DNA of 64,000 bases from Paragordius varius (Eukaryota; Animalia; Nematomorpha). Made by a program: the position numbers and the translations under genes. Below, piece by piece: positions 27,301-39,379 of the stretch. Numbering within the stretch: the stretch's first letter is position 1; each line of letters opens with the position of its first letter. The notes under the pieces were generated by a model. The model searched no databases and had not been told where the DNA came from. It saw nothing but the letters and a program-made list of their open reading frames with translations. The DNA lies in contig OZ176050.1 of assembly GCA_964247055.1 (NCBI GenBank), positions 7,130,001-7,194,000 on the forward strand, given 5' to 3'.

Positions 27301-28999
27301 GATGCATTTTTTTAGTGAAAATGCCCCAAAACTTAGATAGGTAACTTTTTAAATTAAATATTAATTTAATGATTTTGGTTGTGGTATGGTTTTTACAGGA
27401 AGAGAAATAGTGTTAACTTTTGTTTTGCATAGTAACAGTTATAATACATATTATATTTTATGGTACTATAGAGGATACAATTAAAAATCTAATCAAAAGA
27501 AACCATTTCCTTTAACACACGCAAACACAGACTTACTTTAACGGTTTATATTGTATGTTTGCGTATAGCACAAAAACTAATTAAAACACTTTTTTTATTG
27601 TTGTTCTTGCAATAACTTTATAAAACAACTAACTTTCTATACTTATAGATGATAATAAATTTTTGAGATAAGCCTTAACTTAACTAATAATATATAATGG
27701 GAGTAAATAAGACTAAAAACAGTAAGTAGTAATGTGTTTAATTTGTTTTAAACAACACACAAAATGTTTAATTGAACTAAACGAACGATATATTTGCTTA
27801 TTCGAAATTCAATTAGGATCATCCATCCCATCAGATTTACTAATTGATTCCTATTTAGTTTAAAATCGTGATATATATATAATTGTTTAAATAAAATGTA
27901 ATTTTGTACTTCAACTTCAAACCAGTTAATAATTCCAAATGGATAAAAATGTTTCGTTCCATTTTCTTATAGGATAGGTATTATCACGCTAATTTTATAA
28001 CTTATTATGCTTGACTTATTCTGAAATCGGAGATATACAATATAAACATACGCCAAAATAATCAAGTATAACGCTTTTTAATTTAAACAACCCAACTATA
28101 TACATTAAAATGATTTTTTTGAAATATGATCTCTATTGGCTATTATTCTAACTGATATAATTCAATATCTCAGGTTTTATTATTATTACATTTTATGATT
28201 CGCCAATATTAAAAGAGGCTAAAACGGGAAAAATTTATAAAATGGGATTCAGTATATTATTTATATAATGATGAATACGGTGCTATAATTTAAAATTAGA
28301 AACATAATTAAAATTTTTTTCGTGTGGCAACATTTTAATTAGAGAGTTCTGTGTGATATGTGTGAATAATTTTGATAGCGCATTCGCTTCACATATAAAA
28401 TTTCAGTATTTTGCATTATAATATTTAAGAAGGAATTTATTATATTTAAGAAATATATATATGTATGAAAAATTATTATTATATATACGAAGGATATGGT
28501 AAAAACAGCTCAGGATATATATATAATTTTATGATATGTTGACTGAATATTATTATTATTAGCTGCTCGCTCTCATATTACGTTTTTTTATTACACTACA
28601 AAAATTAATTTTACAAAAAAATATTTTATTTCATATTATTATAATATAAATATTTAGTGAGTCGTAATTTTGAGTAATTATTATTATTAAAATTATTAAT
28701 ATTTTACACAAATTTTTCACAAATTTATTGAATCGGACACGCCTCTTTGCAATAATTTCCATTATTCTCCCTTCACGTATAAACATATAACCAAGTGGAT
28801 AAAAATAATTATATCTTATAATGAAAAAAAATATCTATAGTATATGTGTATGAATGTACAGAGAGAAAATATATATCTTATCCTAATTATTATCATTTCA
28901 GTTAATTGAAATTCTCATTACTCTAATTAGGTCTATTTTATAAAAATTCATTCTATTTCATAAATGATATATATCCATCTATCTTAAAGATTGTTAACA

Positions 29000-29002
<3 letters not shown>

Positions 29003-29048
<46 letters not shown>
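29003..29048. repeat. (AT)n microsatellite, ~23 units
   Basis: Read directly from the sequence. Confidence 0.95.
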
Positions 29049-29050
<2 letters not shown>

Positions 29051-30139
29051 GGAAACACAGGTAAAATTATGGAAAAATTAACTTAGAATTTAACTAATTT
29101 AGTTATTTTTAATAGATTACACCTTTATATATCTTATTATATATCTAAACTTTTTAACTCTAAAGATGAATTTAAAACCCATCCCTGATTTCATATCATA
29201 AAATATGCAGACATTTTTCAATTTTTATGCTAATAAAAGCTTTGTCTCACTTTTGATATCCAATGATAAAGCTTTTAAATGTGGAATATTAATTATATAG
29301 AGAGAAATAAAAATAATTTTTAACGTGATTTTGTGAATTTTAAATGTGCTTGATGTATGTTATCGTAAGATTTGGACAAATTTGTTTTATCCGTTATCTA
29401 TAATTTGATTAAAACCAATTATGAAATTGTCTTAAGAAATGTTTGAAACTAATTGTATTATGTCTAAAGCACGTCATGTCCAATTAGTTTTTAATATTCT
29501 TAACCTTGTGCCAGATTAATATATATATATATATATATAAAGATATAGGGAGAGATGAAGCTTAGCTAAATACAATTATCATTGAAAATGATCCATTTTT
29601 ATTTTTAGTAATTTATCTTCTACGATTTTTAAAGCTGCTTTAATTGTTTGCAAGGTATAAGCAACAACTTAGTTCTTTAGATATTTGTGTTTATTAAATT
29701 GGTAAATGGATTTTTGAACTCAATAATAAATTAAATTAAAACTGGTTATGAATTTATAGATATTGAGACTATCTATATTATATAAAATATTCAGACGAAA
29801 GATTTGAATAAAAGTAAATTTTTTATAATTGATTTTATAAATTTAATATTTTCTTTGCTTCTAATGTGTCATTATTTAATGACTTTAATGATGGTAAAGT
29901 TTAAAAAATGATTATTTTGTTATGGCGATAGTTGCCCTACTTTCAATAAACTACTTTATTCCTTCAAAAATATTTAAAAATAAACATTAAAAAAAATTGA
30001 TTATATGCAAAAGTTTTATTATATTGCTTTACTTAAAGTTACTCATCTTTTTAAAAGAATTTTTAATTAGCCAAAAATTATAACGCTTTTAATATTATTA
30101 TTACATTTCACACATGTTTTCAGTAAATTGGGTAAACAT

Positions 30140-30600
30140 ATGAGAGTACATCGCGTTGGCTTTAAGGCTTAAATTCTGCCAGTTCTTGCTTCATATTGTG
30201 TTGTCCATTTTTTTAATGGGGCCTTCACGCCTTCAACTACATGACTTATTTTCATTTGTGCAATTTAAAAATTTCCGATGTGTCTAAACCAAGGTAGTCA
30301 ATATTCTTTATAGTATCGGTTAATTGTGGCTCCCACAAATATATTAATTCTTTACTTTCTTGCTTATTACACCAAACATCATCCTAGGTATTTTCATTTC
30401 TGTAACATATTATAATGGCTTTTTTGGTTTTTAATTATCCATCTCTGTGAATTAAACCTCACATGAGTCGCAAAATGGGGCCGTATTTTACTTTGACGAT
30501 TCAATCATAAATACTTTATTTTCCAATTTAACCAGCTGCTCTTAATTCCTAAAGTAATATCGCCAGATCAAAGATCATCTAAACTCACATAGCCCTATTA
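30140..30600 (-). pseudogene. Decayed RTE-clade LINE fragment (region C-terminal to the reverse transcriptase core)
   Basis: Minus-strand fragments GDITLGIKSSWLNWK, TEMKIPRMMFGVISKKVKN, LPWFRHI and GPIKKW occur in the order of the RTE motifs EI..RI..AW..W, EMKMLRW..GV...D.VRN, LRWFGHV and GRP..RW. They are interrupted by stops and frameshifts. Confidence 0.7.
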
Positions 30601-30936
30601 ATACAGTTCTCAACCCTTTAAACCATCAAGTTCCATTTTATATTGTTGAACCCCTAAGACAAAAAAATTTTTCAATGCCAGTTGGCCGTTTTATGATTTT
30701 TATATTATAAAAAATGTCTAAAGAATATATGTTTTATTTTTGATTTGAATTGTGTAAATAAATGGACAGTACAGTTATTGTGATTTTGCGTAAAAAGCCC
30801 AGACTCTTTTTAAAAATTTTATCTTAAAAAAAAGTTTTAAAATATGTCAAATATGAATAACGAATACATTTAAAACAAATTTTTATTAAATATTGTATTT
30901 TATTTTCTAATTCATACTAATTAAATAATTACACTA

Positions 30937-31062
30937 TTTTTCAGTCAAAAGCAACATTTACATTTCGATCAAGTCCAACATTTTTTCAACACGCAACATT
31001 CAGTTGGCTTTGCTTGAAAAAATGTTGTGTTTGGTTGAAAAAGAGTTGATTTGACTGAAAAA
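30937..31062. mobile_element. 126-bp palindromic element (probable miniature MITE)
   Basis: Outer 13-bp perfect inverted repeat TTTTTCAGTCAAA/TTTGACTGAAAAA, and inner 14-bp perfect inverted repeat CAACATTTTTTCAA (30976-30989)/TTGAAAAAATGTTG (31014-31027). Confidence 0.65.
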
Positions 31063-32001
31063 TGGTAAACAATATATTAATAAATATCACATTATGAATT
31101 AAAACTGGCTTAATTAAAATAACAAATATACGAATCTTTAACCCTTGTTATGAGTCAATCTATACTTTAAAGAAATTATGTGGATATGCACTATTTTTTA
31201 AAGAGATGCTGCGATTGAAAATTTATTTGACATATAGAATATTCAACACATGTCAATATAATTTCAGAAGTGAAATTTTTTCCCCATAAGCAAAATTATT
31301 CCCCAACTAACTACATCTTTTTTAACAAAACCACTGATAAAAGGATCAACTCCGCTGTTTACCGCTGTTTTTAACTTACTTAAGATTATTCTTTATGCGC
31401 TTAAGCATATAAAGATTAACAAAAATTATGAAAAAAATAATATATTAATAGAGATAAATATTATATATCTATATACAATGGGGCATTTATTCAAACCTTA
31501 GCTGTAATTAAATTGTATGATTTTCAGCACCTCATCTATTGCATACACACACTATTTCTAAACCATTTGCTATATCCATCATATCGATACATTATAAAAA
31601 ACCACAACAAATGATCACAGACTTTCTCCCAGTATTTTGGGCAAGTTTTTTTTACAAAAAATTTAATTTTCAATATTTCATTTAAATTTTTAATCGTAAG
31701 CAACCAAGCATATATTCTCATCTGGAGATATCATTGATATAAAAACTTTATTTTTTTGAAAAAAAAATGAATCGAAAATGTTTTAATTGCATGAAATAAT
31801 TAGTGAAAAGGGATTGCATTAGATTAGATCATAGTATATTCCACTAATCTGACAAATGACATATTGCAGAAGGGGTCTATTTAAAGCCTACACGCACACA
31901 TTTTTTTTACAAAATAAAACATTTTAACCAAATAACCAACAAATGATTCAACTAACCAACCAATTTTTGATAGATAATAATAATCTTTAATCTGTTTTCA
32001 T

Positions 32002-32034
<33 letters not shown>

Positions 32035-32767
32035 TAATCTGTTTAATGAAAAATTTAAGCTATATATATATATATATATATGTTTGTTAAAACTCAAATA
32101 AATAACAGTTTATCAACAAACGTACGTAGTGTGCCATAAAGGAGTTTATTCCAATTTATAAAATATTTAAACTTTGTTTCGGTGTCTTAATTAAAAACTA
32201 TACTATACTATTTGGGCGGTTTGTATACATTTTGTTTTTAATAACAAATCTTAAACTATGTATACTCAAGATATCATTCTCTGGATGCAATCCTTCCATT
32301 AGTCCATTAAATTGCATTAAAACAATAATAATTTATAATATTTAAGTTATTATTTTCAACCATATTATCAGTAATTTTTTTTTCATTTTAAAAAATAATT
32401 ATTACTTTAGTCCATTAAAATTGTTCGTATCCTGTGTGTTAACTTTTCCAGATCACATTATTAAATAGTTTTATTATAATTATAATATATAATTTTTTAG
32501 GCTTATCATCATTTAAATGCTTCTGTTTTTTTAAACAATCGTTTAATTTGATCGCCAGAAACTTTCAATTATACCAGAATATATATTTATTTCAAGAAGA
32601 AAATGGAACAAAGATATATTATCGGCATTTATTATGTTTTAATCATGAAAACAACAAATTGATGGATATAAGAACGTACGCTAACTAGTCTAATCATAAA
32701 TATATTCAAATGTTGAAATTATATTGACATATCCTTATTCCCAATTAATATAAGTCCAATTAAAAAC

Positions 32768-35015
32768 ATGAATAATTTTGATTTTGAAACTCAGAAATCT
32801 GAGATAACACTCTTCGAAAGCCCCAAATCATATTCCCAAAGTGAGCAATCTGATGAAAATATTGCTGACTTAACAACAGGGATAAATTCTAGTTTTTCAT
32901 GCGCAAAATTTTATAGCTCTACAAATAAAAATGGTCCTTACAAAAATTTTGATCAAACGCCGGATCTTTATATTTGTGGCGGATGTCAAAAACCCATTCG
33001 TGATAAGTATTTGTTGAAGGCGGAAAGCAAATTTTGGCATGAGGATTGCTTGAAATGTTCTTGTTGTGAATGTCGATTGGGTGAGGTTGGATCTACATTT
33101 TATCTCAAATCCAATCTGTATCTCTGCAAAAGGGATTATCTCAGGTAAAACGTTTAAAATTAAATTTATATGATGTAGTTGGTTTAAAAACATAAATTGT
33201 TTTCAAGGAATATGAACTTTACAAAGATGTTTCAACTTTATTAGTTTATTATCTACAAGTTATTCAGTGTTTATTTGTTTTTTAAGTTAAAACTGTCAAA
33301 CATTTGAAAAGCTTTTTTATGATTTAAGAAAATTATATCGGCAAAAACTCAAAGACTTTAAATTTTATATTAATTACTCAGCGAATTCGATAATAAGCCA
33401 TATGCCATTCCACTTAAATTAATTAAAAAAATCTCCTGAGTTTGGTCGTTAATAAACAATTCCTAATTATAAGTAATTTCTTTTTTTCTGACATATAAAT
33501 TATTTATATTATTGTCTGCTTCCTTAATTAATATTAATTGTTTAACGATATTATATATATATATACATATATATGATGATTAGATTATTTGGAAATTCGG
33601 GATTCTGTTCCGTATGTCAAAAAGTTATACCGCCATTCGAAATGGTCATGAAAGCCAAAACAAATGTTTATCATTTGGAGTGTTTTGCGTGTCAGAACTG
33701 TAAGCACAGGTAATAATATCAGAATCAGATAACAAATTTAGGAGAAATTTTAACAGAATTATTTTTTTTTAATTTAGTTAATTATGTTATACTTTCTTTG
33801 ACTTTCTCGCTTCAAAAAGTTATTAATGAACTTAGAGTGGACTCCCATTATAATAAGGTTTGTTAATAAACAGAGTCCATAAACTATTTAACTGATGCTG
33901 ATCATTAACCACTTCTCGATTTTTAAAATAGGTTTAGGCTTTTAAGATAGTGTGCTTGGAGTTGCGAGAAAGTTTTCCACGATCTAATTTTGACTATTTT
34001 TTTTTAATTACACCTCGATTTTTTTAAGATATTATTCTTTATTTCAAAAAAAAAGAAATTCCAATTTATGCCAATAATGTGCCATGTAGCTTCCCGGCAA
34101 TCGAGGTCAATTAGCACTGAAGATTGCTCGAAATATTAATTATCTCTGTGAATCTACTTATGTGTGTGTGTGATTGCTACAGTCGAGGTCGATTTTTTGC
34201 AATACTTCTCCATATGTGGCGATTTTTAGTTTTAATGCTGAGTTCTGCCAAGATTGCATTGTTTTCTTTTAGAATATTGTCCCTTATCCTTCTTTGGCCC
34301 CTTTTACCTGTTACACTAACTTTACATCAAGGATTTTTCCAGTGAGTTAGATCTCATAATGTGGCCAAAAAAGGATAGTTTGGTACGGATGGACATTCCA
34401 AGCAATGACATATCGGGATTTATTTTATTTAAATTGCTTTGCTAATTATTTTATCCGTCCATTTTATTTGCAAGAGTTTTCTCCCATCCAGTATTTTAAA
34501 GAAGTTTATTATCCTTGGGTCGGATTTTTTCAAAGTCCAACCCTATGTCAAAAAAATTTGTGAATTAATACAACCAAACCATGTCCATTCATATTTTTAT
34601 GATTCATTCATATTTATGAATATATATATATATATATATATATTTATTTATTTATTTAATTATACCATAAAGATATTATATTTATAATAATTATCAAAAT
34701 TTAATGAAAAAAATGCCATAAACACTCACTTTTTAATCTCAAACTGTTTTTTTAAGAAGTTTATCTATCTGTTGTGAGTGATATGTATGGTAGGACCAGA
34801 AGCCAGGCCAGCCCTGATTAGATTATATATGTATATATTCATTATATCGTCATAAGAAGATTGGTGGCGATATCAATTTATTTTTATATTAATATATATA
34901 TGACTCCATTAGTTAGCCAACTAACCAACTAACTAATGAAAATGAAAATCTTAGTAGTTAGTTATAAAAAAAATATTTTTAATGCATAATATTATATTAG
35001 TTTTAATGAAATAAG

Positions 35016-35073
<58 letters not shown>

Positions 35074-37022
35074 TTCTAACTTTTGGGATTAATAAAAAGT
35101 TATTTAGATTAGTGTATGTATGTATGTAAGAAATCATCTTTACTAATCATATTGTACACGTTGCCATGATGTTAACTCTTTTTTTAATTAAATTTTGATA
35201 AATTAAATATCATCCATCCTTCTATAATGTGATATGTAACGTAATGTACATTTGTAATATTCAAACGAATAGATAAATAAATTGCTTCCAAAGGTTTGGT
35301 TTCCCTCTCTAGAAGATTCTAAAGTAGAAAAATAATTAGAATTTTTGATCCCCTTACCCCGCTTTTTTGGTGTGGTGTTTTGCTAACTGCCAAAAATAAA
35401 TAGATAAATAAATTAAAATTAATTATATTAGACAGAGTGCAGCAGCCATATATATAGTGTAACCAGAAAAGTTATTAAAAATATTTTATTCTTAAAGATA
35501 AAATAGAAATTAATGAAATTGTCAAGATTAATTTTGATTCAATGTCCATCCCTTTACCCTGCCAACCAATGATATTATGCAAAAAAGTAAGCCTTAAATG
35601 TGTCAACGCAATTTTTTTAATCTCCTCCTTCCTTTCTTCCCTCTAAATGCGCTTATATATTGTCAAAAAATATGCAACATTAATTGATATGTTGCATACT
35701 TTTCAGCTAAATTCATAGATATTGGTAAACTAGGAAAACTCAATAACCCAATGTGTTTTTAGAAAATTAAAATTGTTATTATCATCAATTTTAGTATATA
35801 TTTAACTCCACTCATTGATTAACATATAATATAATATACAATAAAGTAAAAAGTCGGTTCCTAAAAACTGTAAAATTATCGTGTTTTTAAGTTAGATATG
35901 CATTTTTAAGCATATATGTGGGTAGTGTTTTGTAAGGATATCTGGATAATATTTTAAATAAATTATTGTTATAGAAAAAACCCTCAAAGCTTATAAATAA
36001 TTGTTTTACTCTTTTGATTAGATATTTGTTTAATAATGTTTAGATTTTGTGTTGGTGACAAATTTTACCTTGTACAAAACAGAATATTGTGTGAAAGTGA
36101 TTATAAAAATGCAACCATTCCAAACAACTTGACCACCAATAATTTGATTAATAGGTCGGAATCAAATTATAATAATAACACAAATAACTCAAATACAATG
36201 CAGTATTCAAACTCTATTAACCTGCAGCATCCTTACAACTTCCAATTCCCCTTCTCAAGTTATTACGATCAAATTAATGCGTTTGAAAAACAAAAAGTAT
36301 ATGCCAATACTTCTAAGTCATCCACCACCACCATAAATAAAATGCCAGAACAAAATAAACACAAAGAGGAGGAGTCAAGTCCCGGTCATTTAAGTAATCT
36401 AGCTCAAAATCAAATCAATGCAAATGAACACTTGCCTCAATCATTAACCACTTCAAACGGTATTGCAAATCCAATGGCGGTCCAAAATGGAACAAATAAT
36501 TTGTCGGAGTCTCTTCCATCCACAACAAAACAACACAATATAATCTCGAATGGGGTAAATCAATCTGAAGTCGCATCTGTTATCCAAAATGGGACTGTTA
36601 TCCCTGACCAAATCGAGACTTCCACCCTTATCAATAATACTAAACTATACCCTAGCAATTGCATAAATAGGTCGTCTGTCTCAAATAGCGAGATAAACTA
36701 TGAAAACTTGAGTCATAACAAGATACGCTATACTTCTCTCGATCATGCGACAAACGTAGAAAAAAAATTGGCTAAAAAGGCAAAATTAAAATGTTCACAA
36801 TCTATCGATAGTGATAATGATCTTGGTAAGTTGATATTTTTAAATTTAAATATTTCTTGTTTTTTATGTAAATTGGATGAATATTTTTTTGATTTTTGGC
36901 AATCAGATGATTCAATTTATAAAACAACGAATGATTGTGACGACAACCCAATAATATCACCCGCATCTGAAAAAATACCATTAATACATGCTGAAAATGT
37001 TTGTTCATACGTTCAAACTTAA
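32768..37022 (+). CDS. LMO: LIM-domain-only protein (LMO1/LMO3/Beadex-like), 4 exons: 32768-33144, 33584-33709, 36044-36825, 36907-37022 (~466 aa)
   Basis: LIM1 reads C-x2-C-x17-H-x2-C-x2-C-x2-C-x19-C-x2-D. Phase-2 GT/AG junctions rebuild DYLR|LFGNSGFCSVCQKVIPPFEMVMKAKTNVYHLECFACQNCKHR|FCVGDKFYLVQNRILCESDY, the LMO signature. No homeodomain follows. An 81-nt GTAAGT..CAG phase-1 intron is predicted near the end. Confidence 0.95.
34160..34416 (-). mobile_element. 5'-truncated RTE-clade LINE 3' end inside LMO intron 2
   Basis: The minus strand reads KLSFFGHIMRSNSLEKSLM, then a frameshift, then CKVSVTGKRGQRRIRDNILKE...KNRHIWRSIAKNRPRL*. This matches the RTE ORF C-terminus (KL.YFGHIMR..SLEK.IM.GK.EGKR.RGRP...W). 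A short (CA)n tail follows. Confidence 0.8.
35017..35070. repeat. (TA)n microsatellite, ~27 units, in LMO intron 2
   Basis: Read directly from the sequence. Confidence 0.95.
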
Positions 37023-38961
37023 ATAATGTTGGTTAGCTATAGAACTGTAGAGCATCTCCTTAAACAAATTCAAAATCTGACAAAAATTGCAAATTAATTA
37101 TGAAATAAAATCATTTTTTATAATCATGAAGCGCAACATTTTATCATTTATAATAGTTTTATATGATGGACAGTTAGTTTTGTTTGATTTTGAGTAATGT
37201 TGATCAATTTATTTATTATATTATTACACAACATTCATATTCTTTCAAAACGTTATAAAAAAAGTTAAAATGTGATGTAAAACAAAATTATAATAGTCAT
37301 TTAGAATTAATTACCATGTATTGTTCTATCAAATAAAATAAATGATATATTTTAAAATTATTTTTTTGGATATTTTTTTTCCGCATGATCTAATTACCTC
37401 TATAAGTCAAATATATTATGATGAAAATATGCAAGGGTTTATATTGTTTTAAATAAGATACTAAATAGCCTTAAATCCGCAATCTGGCTAAAATTGTTAT
37501 TATAACTAAATATGTTGAGTTTTGGACTTTTGGCACCCTTAAATCATAACATATTTCAAAAAATTATTTAAATGCCAAAAAAATTTTATCAAAGCGTTTC
37601 TCCAGTTCTTACGACACGAAAAACGACTAATAATCAATTAAAATAGTAAATGGCAGAAAATAAAATGTTAAAATCCGAAAAAAAACTTTTTTGGAAAATT
37701 TTCGTTGAGCAAGAATTAATTAATTCATTTGGCCTAGCCTTGCTCCCACCACTGTAAATATGCATTTCAAGATAAGAAAATTGATAACACTTTTTTTTGA
37801 AACAAAATATCATATATTTTATTTAGCGTTGTGTGGTTTTAAAAATAATAATTACATTTTCGGTTGTGTTATGACAAGGATAAGATTTAAAATAAAATCC
37901 CATAATATATTTATATCTTCATTACAAAAAACATAAGCCGATTTATAAATTTTATTAGAACAAAAACATTTATATTAAATTAAAAGCATTTATTATTACC
38001 ATTTTTGTTCTTTTATAATAAATTAGAATTTTAATTAAACTAATTAAATTAAATAAAAATGGTAGCAATGATTTAATGCATTTTTGAAAACAACACATTT
38101 TTAACAATTCCCTAAACACTAATTTATTACACTTAAATTTTATTTTTGCGATTCTGAAAATGGTTAATAAAATCAAAATTAGACTCCAAATTTTAAATAA
38201 ATAATTCAATTAAAATGTTTTATTATGGATGAAAAAAATAAAATTTAAATATTGTTGTAGCGTGATAATAGGATGCAATATAAAAAATATATGTTTTACT
38301 AGTATTAAATTCGTTCCGACAAATCTGGGATATGTCAAATAACTTCAAATATTGTAAATTAATTTTGGAGTTAAATTTCATGCGTAAAATATATCCAGCT
38401 CAAAGAAAGTTATGCCAGTTTTTCGATATTTATTGGCCTAACGATCATAAAAAATTTAATTGAAGATTGAATTGTTGATATATATTGTGAGTTATGTTTG
38501 CTGTAGTATCTTAATTTCTTTATATAAAAAGTTACCGAAATAAACCGAAAAAAATCATTAAAATATGCCCCTACTAATATATTTAAAAGACCGCGATTGC
38601 GAGATTCTTGTTATATTATGAGAAAAATAGTTTTGGCTAAAAAAGCAAATGCGTTTCGAATTTCACATTTTGGAACGGTTTGCATCAGATCAGGAGATGA
38701 CTTTATCATAAAATTATCATATTTTCAATCTCTACATTATTTGTCAGTTCGGTTGATACCTATCACGATAAAACTTTGTTAAAATTTCTTTGCATCTTTG
38801 AAGGCAAATAAATTTGTTGAAATGCAAAAAATAGATATCTTCTCCAAATTGAATGTCGAAAAAGACAAGCGCTATAATATATTCCACTTGCGTCATTTCG
38901 ATCAAACGTTGGAATAATCATTATCATACCTTAAATATTTTTAAAATGCTATTTAACATTT

Positions 38962-39379
38962 AGTCAGTTAAACAAAACACCTTTTTAATCAAACAGCTAA
39001 CCAAACTCAACACTTTTTCAGTCCTCGACATTTTTTAACAAACACAACATTTCATTCAAATTCAACAATTTTCAAAAAGTAAAAATTTGTTAATATATAA
39101 TTTTAGAAATCTAAATTTAATCAAACAATTATTTGAAAAATTATGGAGTTTGTTGTTGATATTTAATTTATTAAAATGCATTAAATAAAAAAGAGTTGGT
39201 TTCTTAACATTTTTGTTAAATATTTCGTTAAAAATATAAAAAGTAATTAAACTTAAAAAATAATATATATTATTAACTGATGCTAATTTTAAAAAAATAT
39301 ATTATGAGTTGGGTTGAAAAAAAAGTTGAGTTTCAGTGGGTCAAAAAAATATTTTTTATAACATATACATTAACTGACT
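38962..39379. mobile_element. Possible MITE related to the 30937-31062 element
   Basis: A 10-bp inverted repeat AGTCAGTTAA/TTAACTGACT lies at the ends. Internal AACTCAACACTTTTTCAGTC and GTTGAAAAAAAAGTTGAGTT motifs resemble the 30937 palindrome. No TSD recognised. Confidence 0.4.

Noticed and set aside
34124-34345. Hydrophobic 73-aa ORF in the LMO intron
   Set aside because: It is the antisense of the RTE fragment.
36100-37022. LIM-homeodomain (Lhx) gene
   Set aside because: No homeodomain (WFQN-type) was found in the tail or in the downstream ORFs, and the LIM sequence is LMO-type.
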